Positions 60,488 to 64,000 of a stretch of DNA of 64,000 nt are shown here, one piece after another (position 1 is the first letter of the stretch; each line of letters opens with the position of its first letter). This DNA comes from Candidatus Woesebacteria bacterium RBG_16_42_24 (lineage in GTDB: Bacteria > Patescibacteriota > Microgenomatia > UBA8517), in NCBI GenBank assembly GCA_001792115.1, contig MGFX01000006.1:82537-146536 (forward strand), read 5' to 3'. The notes below the pieces were generated by a model. That model made no database searches, had not been told where the DNA came from, and worked only from the letters and a program-made list of their open reading frames with translations. A program made the position numbers and the translations under genes.

Positions 60488-63112
60488 TTAGTTTTCGCCT
60501 TCTGGTTGCACTGTTTCTTTTTCAAGACAAGCAACGGCCGCAACTGAATCTAATTTTGAGGTAAAGCGCATAAGAATCACTCCCTGGGTGGCACGCCCGA
60601 GCCGGGGAATATTTTTGACAGGGAGCTTTATTACTTGTCCAGCCTTGGAGGTTATAACCACCTGTTCCATTTTTTCGGTGAGCATAATTGCTGCGGCCAA
60701 ATTTCCAGTTCTGGTATTTGCAACGGCCGCCTTGACTCCTTTACCGCTTCTTTTTTGCAGAGGAAAGAGGTGGACTCCCGTTCTTTTGCCCAATCCCCTT
60801 TCGGAGATAGTTAGGATGTCGCGGAATACTTTCTTTCTTTTATCTTTGGTTTTAGGAGCCTTACTTGCAAAAACCTCCATGGATATAACTTCATCGGAAG
60901 GTTCAAGTTTCATTCCTGTGACCCCGCTAGTAGCTCGCCCCATGGGCCTCGCGTTTGTTTCAGGAAAACGGATAGCTTTTCCCATCTTGGTAATTATTAG
61001 AATGTGGTCGTCGCCGGATGTTTGATGTGCCGAAACTAAGGAATCCGTACCCCTTAATCTAATCGCGATTAGTCCCGAAACCCTAAGGTTTTCGTACTCG
61101 GAAAGGAGCGTTTTTTTGACTATACCTGAAGCCGTTGCCAGGATTAGATGTTTTCCCGAACCATTTTTCTCAAGAGGCAAAATGGAGCGGATTTCTTCTC
61201 CTTGCTCTAAGTTTAAAAGGTTGACAAGGGCTTGGCCTTTAGCTTGGCGAGACGATTCGGGAATTTCCCAAGCTTTAGTTCCGAATACCCGGCCTTTATT
61301 TGTGAAGAAAAGAATGAGGTCGTGGGTGGTTGCCGAAAGAAAATGTTCTATTTCATCTTCCTCTTTTGTGGTCATTCCGACAACGCCCTTGCCACCCCGC
61401 CTCTGGGCTTTATAGGTCCCCCGCGAAACCCGTTTAATATAACCAGTTTTGGTAACGGTTATTAAGGTTTCTTCCTTGGGCACAAGGTCCTCCTCTGAAA
61501 ATTCTCCCACAGCCGCCTTATAAATCTTAGTCCGACGCTCATCCCCAAATCTCTCTTTGAGTTCGGTTAATTCCTTGACGATAATTTCAAGAACCTTTTC
61601 GGGATTTTTGAGAATTGCGGTAAGAGTATCGATAAGCTTCTTCATCTCTTCGTACTCTTTCTCGATTTTCTCCCGCTCAAGTGCTGCTAAGCGTCTTAAT
61701 TGCATATCTAGAATTGCAGTTGCTTGAACTTCCGTGAGGCCAAACTTCTTAATTAAATTAACCTTTGCGTCTTCTTGGGTGCGGCTTTTTCGGATTGTGG
61801 CTATGACGGCGTCGAGATTATCAAGAGCGATCTTTAAGCCTTCCAGAATGTGAGCCCGCCTTTTGGCTTCCGTTAATTCAAATATGGTACGACGGGTGAT
61901 GACGCGTTGTCTGTGTTTAACGTACTCAACAAGTATCTGCTTAAGGCCCAGTGTGTGGGGCGTACCATCAACCAGGGCGACAAAGTTTGCGGGGAAGGTT
62001 GACTGGAGTTTAGTATGTTTATAGATATTGTTGAGGACCGCCTTTGGTTTGGCGTCACGCTTGAGCTCGATAACAACACTCATTCCCTCTTTGTCACTTT
62101 CATCTCTCAAATCCGAGATTCCCACAATTTTCTTCTCTTTAACCAGTTCCGCAATTCGGGCCACCATTTCGGCTTTATTGACTTGATATGGAATTTCGGA
62201 GATGACTATTTGTGACCTACCTTTATTGCCTTCTTTAATTTCAGCGATGCCCCTGACCGATATTTTTCCGCGTCCGGTTGCATAAACCTCGCGTAGGCTC
62301 GCGGCGTCATAAATTGCGGCAGCTGTTGGAAAATCAGGACCGGGGATAAGTTCGATGAGTTCTTCAATTGAAATTTCGCTGTCAAAGGAAACAGTGGTCT
62401 GGGAAACTTCCTTTTCACTTAGACTCTTTTCTTCTCCCGAGGCTACGAGATTGATTTTCTTGATAACAAATTCGGCCTCCTTCTCTTGTTGCCTTTCTTC
62501 TTCGACGACCCTACCCTTTTTGATTGTTGCAATAACACCGCTTATGACTTCTCCCAAATTATGCGGGGGGATTTTAGTAGCCATTCCAACAGCAATTCCC
62601 TCCGAGCCCATCAAAAGAAGGTTGGGAAGAAGAGCAGGAAGATAAAGCGGTTCTTTGAGGGTTGCGTCGAAATTGTCCATAAACTCAACTGTTTCTTTTT
62701 CGATGTCGGCAAGTATGTAGTCAGAAATGGTTGCCAATTTTACTTCTGTGTAACGCATTGCCGCAGGAGGGTCACCGTCAACTGAACCGAAATTCCCTTG
62801 TCCGCGCACCAATGGGTAGCGCATCGAAAAATCCTGAGCGAGGCGTACCAGAGCGTCATAGACCGGTACGTCTCCGTGAGGATGATATTTCCCTAGTACC
62901 TCTCCGACAACTTTGGCGCTTTTGCTAAAGGAGCCTCCCGAGTGAAGTCCCATTAAGTGCATCGCATAAAGAATGCGCCTATGAACCGGCTTTAGGCCGT
63001 CTTTGACGTCCGGAAGAGCGCGGGCAACAATTACACTCATTGCATAATCGAGGTAACTTTGAGAGAGTTCAGTGGTTATTTCAGTGAGTTGGACTTTTCC
63101 GATTTCTGACAT
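60488..63112 (-). CDS. gyrA: DNA gyrase subunit A
   Basis: [31 protein letters not shown]. Active-site Tyr region. C-terminal beta-pinwheel repeats. 874 aa. Confidence 0.95.
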   Translation of the reverse strand: MSEIGKVQLTEITTELSQSYLDYAMSVIVARALPDVKDGLKPVHRRILYAMHLMGLHSGGSFSKSAKVVGEVLGKYHPHGDVPVYDALVRLAQDFSMRYPLVRGQGNFGSVDGDPPAAMRYTEVKLATISDYILADIEKETVEFMDNFDATLKEPLYLPALLPNLLLMGSEGIAVGMATKIPPHNLGEVISGVIATIKKGRVVEEERQQEKEAEFVIKKINLVASGEEKSLSEKEVSQTTVSFDSEISIEELIELIPGPDFPTAAAIYDAASLREVYATGRGKISVRGIAEIKEGNKGRSQIVISEIPYQVNKAEMVARIAELVKEKKIVGISDLRDESDKEGMSVVIELKRDAKPKAVLNNIYKHTKLQSTFPANFVALVDGTPHTLGLKQILVEYVKHRQRVITRRTIFELTEAKRRAHILEGLKIALDNLDAVIATIRKSRTQEDAKVNLIKKFGLTEVQATAILDMQLRRLAALEREKIEKEYEEMKKLIDTLTAILKNPEKVLEIIVKELTELKERFGDERRTKIYKAAVGEFSEEDLVPKEETLITVTKTGYIKRVSRGTYKAQRRGGKGVVGMTTKEEDEIEHFLSATTHDLILFFTNKGRVFGTKAWEIPESSRQAKGQALVNLLNLEQGEEIRSILPLEKNGSGKHLILATASGIVKKTLLSEYENLRVSGLIAIRLRGTDSLVSAHQTSGDDHILIITKMGKAIRFPETNARPMGRATSGVTGMKLEPSDEVISMEVFASKAPKTKDKRKKVFRDILTISERGLGKRTGVHLFPLQKRSGKGVKAAVANTRTGNLAAAIMLTEKMEQVVITSKAGQVIKLPVKNIPRLGRATQGVILMRFTSKLDSVAAVACLEKETVQPEGEN

Positions 63113-63240
63113 ATTAATGCAACAAAAATGAGGCTAGTTAGCCTTGCTATATTTTACCTTCTTTGAGCATGTAAAACAAGGGTCAAGAGTTAGATCATTT
63201 GGCCATATTATTGTGTTAAAATAAACCTCGTTAAATGAAA

Positions 63241-64000
63241 ATCCTAAAAAATTTCATCTTAGTTACGTTTTTGTTAGTTTTGGGTGCGGGGATATTATTC
63301 TATAGCAAACTAATTGTTCCAAAAATTACCCAAGAGTCAGTTAGCGAGTCATCCTCCCCAGAAGTCCTGGGGGTTCCATCCCAGAACCCTGGAATAGACC
63401 TTGAATGGAAGGGGTCGGATATTAGGGCGCATTACTTTCAAGTTAAAGAGGTTTCAAAAATTAGACTTCTGCCCAATTTTGCCGAAAAGAAAACCTCAAG
63501 AGAAATTTTTGAGGAGGAAAGCTGTTCCGCTTTAGTCAACGGCGGATTTTATACCCCCGAATCGACCCCCACGGGGTTATTTATAAGCGAGGCTGTTCAA
63601 ATCAAAAGTTTTGTGGTTTCCCAACTTTCAAACGCCGTATTCTCCGTTAATGACTTTGAAACGCCAAGAATTACCAGGATGCCTCCCGAGGACCCGCTTC
63701 GCTTAGCGGTTCAGGCGGGACCACTTCTTGTCGAAAACGGACATAATCAAGATTTAAAGTTGGTTCGTGATGAACAAGCAAGGCGGGTGGTTGTAGGAGT
63801 TACCGATAGCAATGAAACTGTTTTTGTCGTTTTTTATAATCAAGCTTCAGCCTTTACAGGGCCGAGGCTTGATGATTTACCCGAACTTTTAGTATCCTTT
63901 CAGCAAAAAGCCGGGCTAAGCTTAGCCGATGTCATGAACCTGGATGGTGGAGCAGCTTCTTCCTTTATTACCCAAGATGTGAGCCTTCTTGAGGTCTCCC
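63241..64000 (+). CDS. Partial CDS (runs off window): secreted protein, possible phosphodiester-glycosidase-like (DUF2233) family
   Basis: N-terminal TM/signal (ILVTFLLVLGAGILF). CSALVNGGFYT...GLFISEAV resembles the NAGPA/DUF2233 core. No stop before position 64000. Confidence 0.45.
   Translation, partial: MLKNFILVTFLLVLGAGILFYSKLIVPKITQESVSESSSPEVLGVPSQNPGIDLEWKGSDIRAHYFQVKEVSKIRLLPNFAEKKTSREIFEEESCSALVNGGFYTPESTPTGLFISEAVQIKSFVVSQLSNAVFSVNDFETPRITRMPPEDPLRLAVQAGPLLVENGHNQDLKLVRDEQARRVVVGVTDSNETVFVVFYNQASAFTGPRLDDLPELLVSFQQKAGLSLADVMNLDGGAASSFITQDVSLLEVS

Overview
Composition: the window is 64 kb at roughly 43% GC, gene-dense and mostly + strand. It carries bacterial housekeeping genes in an order typical of a small, streamlined genome. 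The short EF-Ts, rpsB-tsf-frr without pyrH, a ProRS lacking the editing domain and many lineage-specific hypotheticals suggest a CPR/Patescibacteria-like organism (inference only). The genetic code looks standard: TAA, TAG and TGA all terminate ORFs.

Core genes recognised: mreB, mrdA (PBP2), dprA, topA, rpsB-tsf-frr, rseP, proS, glmS, a yvcK-like gene, HIT, yqeY, ybeY, dnaX-ybaB-recR, cysS, ychF, rpsF-ssb-rpsR, ctpA, htrA, an RF1-like prfA, rpmE, a hisS-like gene, dnaB, tRNA-Leu(CAA), efp, M16 and M29 peptidases, rluA-family, a Kef-type antiporter, yebC, a xerC/D-type recombinase and gyrA.

Points of interest:
- A contiguous pyrimidine deoxynucleotide / one-carbon gene cluster (6673-13016): dCTP deaminase, a second Dcd/Dut-family paralog, a long-form ThyX, an unusual fusion of a degenerate deoxynucleoside-kinase-like domain to a TK1-type thymidine kinase, and split formiminotransferase and cyclodeaminase genes.
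- Serial cassette insertions at the 3' end of htrA, marked by two partial copies of the htrA terminus. They carry a P-loop kinase-like gene and an RHH/PIN (VapBC-like) toxin-antitoxin pair.
- Several families of short dispersed repeats. Two of them (an AATTTCC heptamer array and a CCTCCGCTAAAGCTTCGG element) occur both intergenically and as in-frame insertions inside essential genes, in the manner of Rickettsia palindromic elements.
- A ~165-nt conserved intergenic element present twice (candidate structured RNA or MITE), and a ~65-bp hairpin-containing repeat present three times.
- A block of three unknown genes associated with ~35-bp direct repeats.
- An RF1 missing its N-terminal domain and a HisRS-like protein missing its anticodon-binding domain.
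- A GC-rich islet encoding two tiny membrane proteins, and an 800-bp ORF-free region with one perfect DnaA box next to the recombinase.

No rRNA, CRISPR array or transposase was seen.
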